Shown here piece by piece: positions 25,510-38,700 of a stretch of 64,000 nucleotides of DNA (position 1 is the stretch's first letter; the number at the start of each line of letters is the position of its first letter). The notes under the pieces are model-generated. The model did not search any database. It was given only the letters and a program-made list of their open reading frames with translations, and was not told where the DNA came from. The stretch is from Octopus vulgaris (lineage: Eukaryota): assembly GCA_951406725.2 (NCBI GenBank), contig OX597823.1:5518001-5582000 (forward strand), written 5' to 3'. A program made the translations under genes and the position numbers.

Positions 25510-27600
25510 AGCTCAAAGCTGTGGCTATGCCGTTTTGCTACTCTGTTATCATTGAGAGCCTTCTCTAATATGTGGCATTTGGTGAATAAGGGAGTTTGAT
25601 GTTGCTACCCTCATTTGCACCTCTTGCCGTCGAGGTAGGTTCATCTGGGACTCTCAACAGGAAGAAGTCCAGTTTTGATTTGAAAACACCTACATCCATT
25701 TTGTGTAGGTCTCTCAGGCTCTTTGGGAGAATATTAAAAAGCTGTGGGACCCTGAAACCCAGACTGTTGCAGTGACTGGTCCTGAAGCACAATGGCACTG
25801 TACAGTGTTGACTCATTCTGGCATTTTTGTAGCTTCCAATGCCAAAATTTGGCACAATTCCTTCCAGATGTATATTACTGCATACCTCTCCTACCTTCGC
25901 TCCAGGAGTAGAGTCTTAGCTGTTTCAGTCTTTCCCAGTAGCTGAACTGTTGCAATGAGACAATCTTCTTCATGAAGCTTTGCTGGATTCCTTCAAGTTC
26001 CACTGTTAATTTTACACTGTTGGGTGACTATAGCTGGGAAGGATAACCCAGGTAGCTGAGGATGAATGTCCTCCAGAGGACCATCCTGGTCTCCTTCTCT
26101 CTGGTTCTGAACATTCTCAGGATCCATCCAGCAAGTCGTCTACACTTTGTTGCCATCCTGGTAATGCGCACTTGGAAAGATGTATCATCACTCATGTTGA
26201 TACCCAAGTCCCTCACTGATTTAGGCTTTGGGATTGTGATCCTCTATGGACCAGTGTATCCTGTAAGTTTTATATTCAGTTTTGGATGCTGGCAGCACAG
26301 GGCTTGGAATTTTTGAGCAATAAACTGCATATTATTATCCTCAGCCCATCTGCAAATTGAGTCCAACTCCTGCTGCAGGTGTGCAACATCACTGGGGTTC
26401 TGTACTTTCTGCAAGTCTTTAATATCATCTGCCTAGCTAGCAAGGGTGGCTATCTGGGCAGCTGAGTGCATAGCTGAGAGGACCACTATGGAAAACAGTG
26501 GTCCCAAGACAGTGCCCTGTGGAACACTGCTCACTATTTGTGTTTTCATTGAGGTGGCTCCATTGGCCACTACTGCCTGACTTCTATCTTCCAGAAAGTC
26601 ATGTAACTACTCTCCAAGTTTTCCAGCTATGTCAAGATCACACAGTTTGTGACATATCATACCATGATCCACTTTATTAAAAGCTTTTGCAAAGTCCCGG
26701 TTTATTACGTCCACATTTGAGATGTTAAGTAACTGCCTCAACATCCTGTCATTGGGTTGTTAGACCTGGTCGAAAGCCATGTTGGGTATCATTCAGCAAA
26801 TTCTTTTCTTTAAGGAATGTGATTAGCTTCCCTCTGACAATCCGTTCCATGACTTTGCTGATATGTGAAGTCAGTGAGATAGGCCTATAGTTTTTGGCAT
26901 CTGCTCTGCTTCCTCTTTATGGATTGAGCATATTATTCCCTCCTTCAGCTTGCTTGGCAGCCTGCCATTTGCAAAAAGCTCTGGAAGAGAATCTGTAGTA
27001 GTTTCACTAGGGCACACTTACATGGTTTGAGGAGGATTGCTGGGAAACCATCAGGACCAGCAGTTGAGTTTGCGTCCACCTCATCTGTGGCTAGTAATAT
27101 ATCTTCTTCACTAATGTCAACATATTCCATCGTAACTGCCTCGCTGTTTATATGTGAGGCGGCAAAGAAATCCACTGGTTTGTTCATTTGTCTGTGTTCC
27201 AACAGGGTGGTAAAGACACTTTTGAACTGGTCATTCAGTACCCCACTGATCCTAGTTGGACTATCTGTGAGGGAGCCAGCCTTCTCGAAGAGGGGTCCTA
27301 TTTTGTAGTATACTGAGGCTGTTTCTTTGGCATTATGAAAGAAGGCTTTTGGGTTGACTTAATGTTTTTTTATAACCCAGGCTTCTTTGTCTGCTCTCTC
27401 CCTCACATAGGATTGTTGCAAGATTTTTTCAATCTCTGTCAGCATTGTTTTTAGGCGGGACCTTTCACTACTTTTGGAGTGCTGGTTGAAGCGATTTGCA
27501 ACCTTTGTCTGTCGTCTCATGAGGATCTTCCTCACCCTTGGAATCTTGTTCCTTTTTGTGATGGCCTTGTGCTCTGGGACATAACAGTCTGTTAAGTCCT
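25510..27600 (-). mobile_element. Degenerate L2/CR1-type LINE related to 20447-22185
   Basis: TAGPDGFPAILLK, RDLGINMSDD, NSLGFRVPQLFNILPK. Confidence 0.88.
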
Positions 27601-28311
27601 CCTTCCAGGTTAGGAAAATCCCTTCCTAGGATGAATTGAATATAAATTCCAACCAAATCCATAACGAGAGTAGAATCAGCTGATCCCATTGCTATATGAA
27701 ATCCTTCTATACTATTAATCTGGTCCAATACTTATTTTCAAACTCGATTATTGTTCTTTTAACAGCTAAAATTTCCTTTATTTCATCCATATTAATATTA
27801 TATTTTTTTTCATAAATATGAGGGTTTTATTTAAGAGAATTAGGTTAATTGAAGAGTAATAGCTATCAATATCTATTTGCATGAACTTATTCTTGCTATT
27901 AAATTTAATTCTATTAAACCAATCAATTACCTCATAGGACCAGAATTGCAATCATATTTTTTCTTTAAGAACATGAATACACTTATCTAAAATTGCTTTA
28001 CTAAGTTTACCCAAATCAGATTTGCCTAGGCAAATCAGTCTAACTTTTATGTATCATATTGGCACATATAAGGATGTATAGAATGCGTTAGTTTTTGTAT
28101 ATACAATGACAGTTTCTATGGAATGCTTGCATTAAGAATAAACAAACACTTCTAAGTTTGTTGTAGGTTAGCCTATACATTAAATTTCCTTTAGAAATCC
28201 TTCCTGGGGATATATACAATTCACTGGTATCATACATGGAATTTTATTTCTGAAATTAAAGAATTGTGTAGGAAAACAGCTATATGTAGGATTTTCTATG
28301 TATAATTTGAA

Positions 28312-29344
28312 TCATCATCATCATCATCGTTTAATGTCCGCTTTCCATGCTGGCATGGGTTGGATGGCTTGACTGAGGCCTGGCGAGCCAAAAGGCTGCA
28401 CTAGGCTTCAATCCGATCTAGCAATGTTTCTACAACTGGGGGCCCTTCCTAATGCCAACCACTCCAAGAGTGTAGTGGGTGCTTTTTACATGCCACTGGC
28501 ACAAGGGCCAGCCAAGCAGTACTGGCACTGGCCACACTCGAATGGTGCTTTTTACATGTTACCGGTATGGTAGCCATTCAGGCAGTACTGGCAATGACCA
28601 TGCTCAAATGATGCTTTTTACATACTACTGGCATGGGTGCCAATCAGGTGGTACTGTCATCGGCCACAACAACAACTTGCTTCAACAGGTCTTTGCAAGC
28701 ACAGTTTATTGCCCAATGATTGAAGGGTGCTCTTAAATGGGCTGGTTATGCTGCACTGGCATAGGCCACGGTTACGGTCTCATTTGGCTTGCCGGGTCTT
28801 CTCAAGTACAGCATATCTCCAAAGGTCTCAATCACTTGTCATCGCTTCGGTGAGGCCCAACGTTTGAAGGTCGTGCTTCACCACCTCATCCCAGGTCTTT
28901 TTGGGTCTACCTCTTCCACAGGTTCCCTCTGCTGCTAGGATGTGACACTTTTTCATCCAGCTGTCCTCATCCATATGCATCACATGACTATGCCAGCGCA
29001 GTCATCTCTCTTGCACACCACATCTGATGCTTCTTATGTCCAACTTTTCTCTCAGGGTGCTTACACTCTGTCGTGTATGCACACTGACATTACATATTCA
29101 GTGGAGCATACTAGCTTCATTCCTTACAAGTGACTGTGGTGCTGCTACACCAATTATTGGGTATGACTCTTTCACGTATTCGGCACACTCTCTTTCTCCC
29201 ATTGATTCTCTTCATTTAGCAACCTTTCATAGTGGCATCTCCAAGTCTCTCTCCTTGCTGCCTCATTAAATGCAAATGAGTCATCATCCATGTGGATACT
29301 TTTCTCTCCTATGACATCATGATGCTCTGTCTTGCAACATGAAA
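28312..29344 (-). mobile_element. RTE LINE 3' fragment with internal deletions
   Basis: (CAT)n tail at 28312; UTR units; C-terminal ORF2 sequence. Confidence 0.88.
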
Positions 29345-29538
29345 CCTGTCTTTAGATACACATCTGTATGTAATTTTTTTCATTTTCTTATTTTAAAGTG
29401 TATATATATATTGTATAGAGGGCATTATTACACATACATGCCTCACACATTTATATATATATATATATGCTTTAAAATAAGAAAATGAAAAAAATTTACA
29501 TACAGATGTTTTTATCTAAAGACAGGTTTCATGTTGCA
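29333..29538. repeat. Inverted repeat with ~75-bp arms
   Basis: TGCAACATGAAACCTGTCTTTAGATA...TTTTAAAG versus CTTTAAAA...TATCTAAAGACAGGTTTCATGTTGCA. Confidence 0.9.
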
Positions 29539-30717
29539 TATACACTATGAATGACATGCCTTCCTTATTCCATCTTCTCTAAAGCTAAAAATTTAATTTA
29601 ATGTGATGAAACAGACCCTTATGTCTTGACTATGTCATAATGATGAGATCCAGCCAGATTAAATTAGCAGCTACATATGAATGTTAAGCATTCTTTGATT
29701 AAAGGAAAGAAAATTTTATCAAATAAATAAATGCTTAAGATAATATTCTGTATTCCTTTTCATTTCACTAATCAGGGAGGAAATATAAGATTTGGATTCC
29801 TGGCAAGATGAGTCTCCCGCTTACCATTAAGATGAACAATCAGTCAATCAAGAGATAACATTTGGATAATATTCATCAATTTTAAGATAGTACAATATAA
29901 TGGTAATCCTGTTCAGTTGTCTGGGGTAGTCTGCATGGCTGACAGTATTACTTACAGAATGAGTAGACTAGCAAACCTGAAATTCTTGTACTGTGGCCAG
30001 CATAGGCCCAAGCTGACCAAAGCCTTGTGAATGGATTTGATAGACAGAAGACTGAAAGAAGCTTGTTGTGTGTGTGAGTGAATGAGACAGAATTTGTATT
30101 TCTCATCTGTATGTGTGATCATTCATTGATTGTAAACAATAGCCTAACTACCCTTGTAGTTTATTTGCAGTCCACCATGGAAACATGCTTAAGCTTTGTA
30201 ACAGGTTTTGACATGTTGTATGATCAATAGTGAAAAAAAAGAGAAAGCTCATTCATAGTGTCGTATTTGTTTCAACATGTCCAGGCTATTTTTTGATAGA
30301 CTAGGAGGTTATTACTTCCCTTGAAACAAATGAGGTTTGGTGATAGGAAGGGTCTCTGGCCTCAGAAATCTCTGCTTGAACATGCTCTCATTTGACCCAT
30401 GCAAGCATGAAAAAGTTGACAGTAAAACAATGATAATGTTGATATTTTATGGTAGCATTGAAATTATATGAGAGTGAATAAATATATGTCAACTTGCCTA
30501 CATGTTCTCAAATTACTGATATTCATGACGAATTCTTACAAAGCAGAAACTAGTGTTTGTAATATAATAGTGCTTTACAAGCTTGTTCTGTTTACACAGC
30601 TACAGCTGTATATGTAAATAGACACACACACACACACCTGCAGAAATGTATGCAGGGGCACTCATTCAGATCTCCTTTTGGCTTGTACTCTTCGAAAAAT
30701 ATATAACTATTTCAGTT

Positions 30718-30927
30718 ATTAAAACTTTTATTACTATATTTCTGTTGAAATACACTTTTATTTCAGTTAATTTTTAAAATAATGAATTTGGTAAAATAAT
30801 TTGATCATTATCAAGCTGATGTTTGGAATATAAATTAAGCTAGAATGAGGGTTATATTTTAGTTCACTTTAAAGCAAGAAGTATGTATCATTGAATCTGG
30901 AGCAGTGTGTTGGTATCAAAATGGTTG
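30718..30927. mobile_element. ~230-bp AT-rich MITE, piggyBac-like ends
   Basis: tatttctgttgaaatacact...ggtatcaaaatggtt; related copies at 34300-35555 and 50823-50995. Confidence 0.7.
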
Positions 30928-32911
30928 TTATGTCCTACTGTCATTAGATGATGTAGTCTGTAATTTACAATGATTAAATGAAAAAAATAACTGAATTGTT
31001 TTGGCTGAGATGTCTTTGAATACAGGCCTTCTTATCCTTTTGATATTATATATCTGTAGGAGTATTGAATTTAGTTAAATACCTTTGTCATTACTAAGCT
31101 GGTGTTTGGAACATAAATTAGGAGGATAGTTTTTAGATTATGTGAACATATAAGTCAAGTAAAGAAAGACAACAATGAAAGCTGAAAGTACATGCATAAT
31201 ACACAGAATTAGAGGCAAAAAGATGAAAAGTGAACAGTGAAAAAGCTATAAAAAGGAAAATACAAAGGTGGTTTTTCTGCGACATTCTTTCAGATGTTTT
31301 GTTTGTCTTTATTCCATTTCCCTACCACATGGTTTTAGGTTCAGTCACATTACATGCCACCTTGAGCAAGGCTCTTCTACTATAGTCCTGGGCCAACCAA
31401 ATCCTTGAGAGTTGATTTGGAAGACAGCAACTGAAGGAAGCCTACCGCGCGCGCGTGTGTGTGTGTGTAATCAGATAGCTGTCCATAAATCAGGAAAAAA
31501 GTAACCACTCTAAAAGAGAAACAGAGCAGTTATATTTTTAAATTGATGAGCAGGATATGACTGGTTATGGTATATAACTTGTTAGAATTTTACTGACAAT
31601 TTCACAGAAACTATTGTACTTGGCAATAGTGGCAACTTCTCAGACGTGTCAACTGAAAGTGCAAAGCCTCTTTCATGCTGGAGGTAAATATATAGTCTTG
31701 GTTGGCTGTGTTGATAAAAAGAACTGTACTGATAAATTGTGTTTATAGGCAGGAAGGTAAAATTGCCTCCTATGGATCAATGTCAGTCATGGCTGAAGAG
31801 TGTCAGCTATATGTGTGTGCATGTCTTGTTCTCTTGTTCAAAAATGATGACCATTTTGCCGAAACAAATTTCCATTCATGAGGGAAGCATACAAATATAT
31901 CACTTTTTGAGTTCAGATTGTGTGATTTTTTCTATTATTTTTTTTTTCATGATTTTCTTCTCTGTCAAGCAAAATTTGCAATGTCTACTTCCATTCAGAA
32001 ATAGTCTCAGCCATTCTAGCAGTTTTTTGTTGGTTTTGTATATATAATTGGTTGAGTTGTTAGAGCATAAGATAATAATTGTAGTAATTCTTCCAGCTCT
32101 CTGTGCACTGAGTTCAAATACCATCAACTTCATCTTTCTAATTGGGGCTCAGTAAATAAAATACCTGATGTTGTTTTGTCACTTTCTTTCTTTCTATCCT
32201 TCTGGAAGAAATCAACAAGGATCTGAAGAGGAACAAGTTCTGCAAGATTTAAAATGTCCCTATGACTCCATCAAAGTGTTAAAAGCCCATGGCATGAAAT
32301 GGCATACATGAATTTCCAAAAATGGCTTGTGGTGGGGGAGTCAGTTGTCTGTACCAGTATACATTGAGTGCATTTGTAAGTGTGCATTTGTGTGTTTTTA
32401 TGCATGCATACATACACAGCTGCATCTGTGTAAAGAGAACTGTCCAATTTTATATTAATGCTTTTTATAATCTAAATCCCTATATATAAATATAATTGTT
32501 CAAACTGACCTCATCTTACTCAGCTCAAGTTACATCAGTTGACTGTTGTGATCATTAATTGTATTTTGTTAAATTGGTGTTAAGTTGATAATGATGATTT
32601 TGTGTGAAAAAAATGCAATCTGTATGATAAGAGGTGATAATTATGATAATGATGATGGTTATGACTGATGGTATGTATTGGTTGTGTTAATGGTGAAACT
32701 TATGGTGATGATGATAGCGTTGGTTGTTGTGATAATGGTAGTCATGATGGCAATGATGGTTGTTTTAGTGATAAAGATAATTATGATATATTGATGAGGT
32801 TTATGTTAAGAATATCTTTAATTCTGATGGATTGCAATGATGATGGGATGTATCTCCTGTTATATTCTTGCTTCATGATATTTAATCTATGTTTCTTCAC
32901 TTCCTTTCCAG

Positions 32912-33035
32912 TTATTTCTCTCAGAAAGAGCTCCTTGATCGGATACCAAGCTGCTTCTTAGTTCTGGGAATTATATTCTCCGTTTTCACCTTTGTTGGTG
33001 GCATGTTAAACTGCACACCACCCTCAGAAGAGAAG
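32912..33035 (+). CDS. OxlT-like MFS transporter exon
   Basis: ttccAG|T ... AAG|GTattt; (D)YFSQKELLDRIPSCFLVLGIIFSVFTFVGGMLNCTPPSEEK. Confidence 0.92.
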
Positions 33036-33097
33036 GTATTTGTCTTATTTTGTTCTTTAACTTTTCATTGTTTAGTTTGACTTAACCATTTTTTCCA

Positions 33098-33725
33098 GAG
33101 GCATGGTTGTGTGGTTAAGAAATTCACTACTTTCCAACCATGTGGTTTCAGGTTCAGTCCTACAGTACAGCACCTTGGGCAAGTGTCTTCTACTATTGCT
33201 CCAGGCCAACCAAAGCTTTAAGAGTGGATTTGGTTGACAGAAACTGAAAATTTGTTGTGTGTGTAATGCCATCAACATCATTTAGCATCTGTTGTCTATG
33301 GGTTGGACAGTTTGACCAGAACTGGCAAGCTGGAAGGCTGCATCAAGCTTCAGTCTGATTTGGCATGGTTTCTACAGCTGAGTACCCTTCCTAATGCCAA
33401 CCACTCCAAGAGTGTAATAGGTGCTTTTACATGCCACTGGCATGGGTGCCATTTGTGTGGCACCAGTATCTGCTATGACTGTGATTTTACTTGGTTTGAT
33501 GGGTATTCTTCTCAAGCACAGCATAATGCCAAAGGTCTCAGACATTTGTCATTGCCTCCATGAAGCCCAACACTTGAAAAGTGCTTTTCACATACCACTG
33601 GCATTGGCCACTTTGCCTCCATGAGGCCCAATGCCCAAAAGGTGTTTTTTTTACATGCCACCAGCATGGATGCCAGTTATGTGGCACCAGCATCAGCCAC
33701 AACTACAATTTTACTTGGCTTGATG
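33098..33725. mobile_element. SINE 5' part (plus, 33098-33260) abutting an RTE 3' UTR fragment (minus, 33274-33725)
   Basis: Similarity to other copies in the window. Confidence 0.75.
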
Positions 33726-34299
33726 AAACCACACATTTGTGTTTGTGTATTTATTTAGATTTGTGCTCTACAAAAGTTGCAGGCTACAAGTTGTTATCAT
33801 CCCTTCTGTCATCAAATTGTTCCCATGCTTCATCATACCTTTGAAGACATGTGAAATAAGAAATGCATTACTTGAAAAACAAGTTAGTGTTAGCAAAGAA
33901 ATTGGCATTCAGTAGTAAAACAATACTTCAATAATATATCCTTCTAACCATGGAAAAAACAGATGTAAAAAAAACTAATGAAATATTGAGTGAAAATAAT
34001 TGTGCAGCTACCTAGACTTATTTAATTTTGCTTTGAGAATTCTGTTAATGTATTACTGAGTTTGAAGGATTTCTGGGCTATAAATAAAATGACATGTATT
34101 AAGTGGCAGAAAAAATTAATTATAAAACTCAATTTTTGAACAGCTACTTTCACAACAGATTTTGATGACTATTATACCTGCATCTAAAAAGATGTCCTAT
34201 CTTACTTGGCATAGGCTTAGTCTCTTCTTCAAGGGAACAGGGGTATTTATTTTTCTGCTTAATACCATTATACTAGAACCAACTAGAGGTTATTTCCCA

Positions 34300-35555
34300 T
34301 TGATTCTCTTGTTACCAGTTTCGGTTGAAATACGTTGCTTTTGTGTCATTTAATTTTTAGAATAACGAAGAATTTAGTAAAATAATTTTGTCATCATTAA
34401 ATTGATGTTTGTAACATAAATTAACGTAAAATTCTGATGGAAGAAAAATATTTACTTTAGATTACTTTAAAATCTGAAGTTTGTGTTAAAGAACCAAAAG
34501 CAATCTCAGGTGGGTTGGTATCATTATCTAACATCTGTAAAAGGGTTAAATTGTTTGACAACAGTTTGGGATTTACTGTGACTGAATTAAAAAAAAAATG
34601 ACTGGATAGCTATGGGTGGGATGCTTTTTTAAACCCTTTTCTTACCATGTTTCTGTCAAAATACACTACTTTGCTTCAGTTAATTTTGAAAGTTTACTAA
34701 AATAACTTCGTTGTTATTAAGTTTGTGTTTAGAAAATAACATGAAATTTTGACTGAGGGTTTTTTATTTAGATCTTTAATTTAGAACTTTAAAACAAGAA
34801 ATTTTTATCATAGTTCTAGTCTTAGACCTTTTGGTATTAAAAGTCATTGATATGTCTGTAAAAACAGATATAGTTAACATGAACATATATAGTGTTCGTC
34901 TTTATTTTACATTCTCCTGAACATGGGAGACATTCATTGCTCAGAGGAAAATTTCTCAATAGACTTGTCTAAAAGCACACATCAATTCAGGCTCTGAATG
35001 ATGTCAGCGGACAGCCATTGCTTTAGTCATCATTGGTTGTGTGATTACCATGAATATTTTGCATTACTTCAAATGTTAAGGGGTTAACCCTTTTGTTACC
35101 AAATTTGCCTTGGATTCAATTAATTTTGAAAATAATGTGGAATTTAGTAAAATACTTTGTCAGCATTAAGATGATATTTGGAACATAAGTTAACATGAAA
35201 CTTTGGTAGAAAATTTTAATTTCTGACTGGCTTCCATGCCAGTGGCATGTAAAAAGTACCACTTGAGTATGGTCGATGCCAGTGCCACCTGACAGGCCCC
35301 CGTGCTGGTGGCATGTAAAGGGCATCCACTATACGCTCTGAGTGGTTGGCATTAGGAAGGGTATCCTGCTGTAGAATCTTTACCAGATCAGATTAGAGCC
35401 TGGTGCAGCCTCCTGGTTTGCCAGTCCTCAGTCAAACTGTCCAACCAATGCCAGCATGGAAAGTAGATGTTAAATGATGATGAAAATCACTTTAAAACAA
35501 GGTTTGTATCATAGAATCAAAAGAAGTCTCAAATTGATTGGTATCAAAAGAGTAA
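34300..35555. mobile_element. Three copies of the ~230-bp piggyBac-like MITE (about 34300-34550, 34630-34845, 35085-35555); the third is interrupted by an RTE tail (35222-35482)
   Basis: Starts (tt)aacccttttgttacc, ends ggtatcaaaagggttaa-like; shared internal taattttgaaaataat..gaatttagtaaaata. Confidence 0.75.
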
Positions 35556-35702
35556 AACAGTTGAAAGACATCTTTTGCATTAGGCAGAAATTCTAAATTT
35601 AGTGATAGTTGATTGTACTGATAAACTCTACCGGTAATTGAATGATTACGAACAACTTATCAATTTAGTGAGTTAATAGTCTGACTGATATATATATATA
35701 TA

Positions 35703-38700
35703 TCATCATCATCATCATCATTTAACGTCCGTTTTCCATGCTAGCATGGGTTGGACAGTTCGACCGGGGTCTGGTAAGCCATGGAGGCTGCACCAGGCTC
35801 TAGTCTGATTTGGCAGTGTTTCTACAGCTGGATGCCCTTCCTAACGCCAACCACTCAGTGAGTGTAGTGGGGTTTTTTTATGTGCCACCGGCACAGGAGC
35901 CACAGCAGGCTGGCAAACAGCCACGATCGGTTGGTGCTTTTACGTGTCACCGACATGGACACCAGTCAGGCGACGCTAGCATCTGCCACGTTCAGACGGT
36001 GCTTTTTACATGTCACCGGCATGGGTATCTTAACTACAATTTCCATTTGAATTTTTATTTTGATGTTGACGTTGATGTACTTGACTCAACAGGTCTCCTC
36101 AAGAACAGCGGGTCACTCTATGATCCAAGGTCAGCACAGCAGGCCGTCCTGCGAGCATGAACTCACTTCATTTGTCGGGTCTTCAAATCCTCAAGAACAG
36201 TGGGTCACTCTATGGTCCAAGGTTAGCACAGCAGGCCGTCCTGCGAGCCATGAACTCACTTCATTTGTCGGGTCTTCGAAGTCACAGCATATCTCCAGAG
36301 GTCTCGGTCTTTCGTCATAGCCGCTGAGAGGCTCAAAGTACGAAGGTCATGCTTCACCACCTCGTCCCATGTCTTCCTGGGTCTACCTCTACCTCGGATT
36401 CCTTCAACAGTTTGGGAGTGGCACTTTTTCACACATCTCTCCTCATCCATCCGTAGTACATGACCATACCAACGCAATCGTCTCTCCTGCATGCTGCATC
36501 CATGCTTCTTATGCCCAACATTTCTCTCAGGACACTTACACTCTGTCGTGCATGGAACTGACAATACACATCCAGCGGATCATGCTAGCTTCATTTCTTT
36601 CAAGCCTACGCATGTCCTCCGCAGTCACAGCCCATGTTTCACTGCCATGAAGCATGGCAGTTCGCACACATGCATTGTACAATCTACCTTTCACTCTGAG
36701 TGAGAGACCCTTTGTCGCCAGTAGGGGAAGAAGCTTCCTAAATTTTGCCCAAGCTATTCTTATTCTAGTGGTAACGCTCTCTGAGCATCCCCCCCTGCTA
36801 CTAACTTGGTCACCTAGGTAGCAGAAACTATCAACTACTTTTAGTTTCTCCCCAAGGAGTGTAATGGGATCTGTTTTCTGAGTACCAATGGTGTCTATTG
36901 CACCTGTGCATCTGCCGCACATGGAAGCTATCTTCTCGGTTAATTTTCCTTTGGTATTGCTGCACCTCTTATGTGTCCATAGCTTACACTGGGTACATCT
37001 TATGGAGTTTCTACCTATACCTTTTCTACATATCAAGCAGGGTCACCTACCTGAAGGGGTAGTGTGGTGAGTTTGCCTTCCTACTTACTAGAACTTTGGT
37101 CTTTGCTACATTTACTCTAAGGCCCTTTGATTCTAAACCTAGCTTCCAGACACGAAATTTCTTCTCTAGTTCCGGTAGCGATTCTGCTACGAGGGCTATA
37201 TCATCAGCATAGAGGAGCTCCCAGGGACAACCCATCTTAAATTCCTCTGTTATTGCCTGGAAAACTATGATGAATAAAAGGGGGCTGAGGGCTGAGCCTT
37301 GGTGGACGCCAACTTCTACACTGAATTCTTCCCTGTACTCATTGCCAATCCTAACCTTACTACTAACCTCTCTGTAGAGGGCTTGTACAGCCCTTATTAA
37401 CCATTCGTCAATCTCCAGTTTCCGCATCGCCCACCAGATAAGGGATTGGGGACCCTATCAAAGGCTTTCTCCAAGTCCACAAAAGCTAAGTATAGGGGTT
37501 TATCTTTGGCTAGGTATTTCTCCTGCAGTTGTCGAACTATGAATATGGCATCAGTGGTGCTTCTGCCAGGCACAAAACCAAACTGCATCTCATCTAGGCT
37601 AACTCTCTCCCTAATTAGTTGGGCTGTGACCCTCTCCGTCACCTTCATTACCTGATCCAGCAGTTTGATACCCCTGTAGTTATTTCTGTCTAGAGCATCA
37701 CCTTTACCCTTGTAGCAGTTGACTATAGTGCTGCTACACCAGTCATTGGGTGTGACTCCATCATGAACTACTTGGTTTACAATGCATGTGACTAGGCCAT
37801 AGCCCACACCACCAGATGTTTTAAGCATCTCAGCAGTGATTCCTGATGGGCTGGGGGCTTTTCTTGTCTTCATACCCTTAATTGCCTTAACTACTAGGGA
37901 GCTATCTATATGGATAGCTGGTCCTTCTACTGGGTCAACATTTGGCAGGCTCTTCTCCTCCCACTCATTCTCCACATTCAGCAGTCTTTCATAGTGGCTT
38001 CTCCAAGCCTCTTTCTTTTCAGAATCACAAAAAGCAAGTGCCCCATCATCCATTCGAACACATTTCTCTCCTGTGACATCACAATTTTCTCTCACACTGT
38101 CTTGCAATCCGAAATACCTCAGTTCTTTGGTCCTCACGTCGCTGGACATTGGCAAACTTCTTTTCTGCTACATCTTTGGCTATGTATACCTGCCGCCCAG
38201 CCTCCCTTCTGGCTACCTGGTACTGTTCCCTGCTACCCCCATCCTTCCAGGCCTGTTTCTTTCCCCTAATGGCCTTGTCTACTGTACTATTCCACCACCA
38301 CATAACTCTAGGTCTGGAAGGGACGTTGCACCAGCCACAGACTTGGTCTTTGGCGCTCAGTAAGCTGTCCCATAGGAATTTCCAGCTACCTTCTAAGTCC
38401 GATGTCTGTAGCTCCTCCTCCCTCTCCTCAAATTTCTTGATGAGGATGTCCCTAAGTCTCTGACCATGTGAAGGGTTCTTTAGCTTCCAAATCCTTCTTT
38501 TTTGGATTGGTTTGCTTCTTGGTATCCTTCTGGCCTCGAGGCTAAAGTCACTAATGACTAGCCTATGCTGGGGGGTACATTCTTCACCCGGGAGGGTCTT
38601 TGCATTTAACAGCAACCCTATGTTCCGCTGTCTGGTGAGGATGAAATCAATCTGGCTAGCAGAGTCTCCTGATTGATAGGTTATCAGGTGGCTGTCTGGT

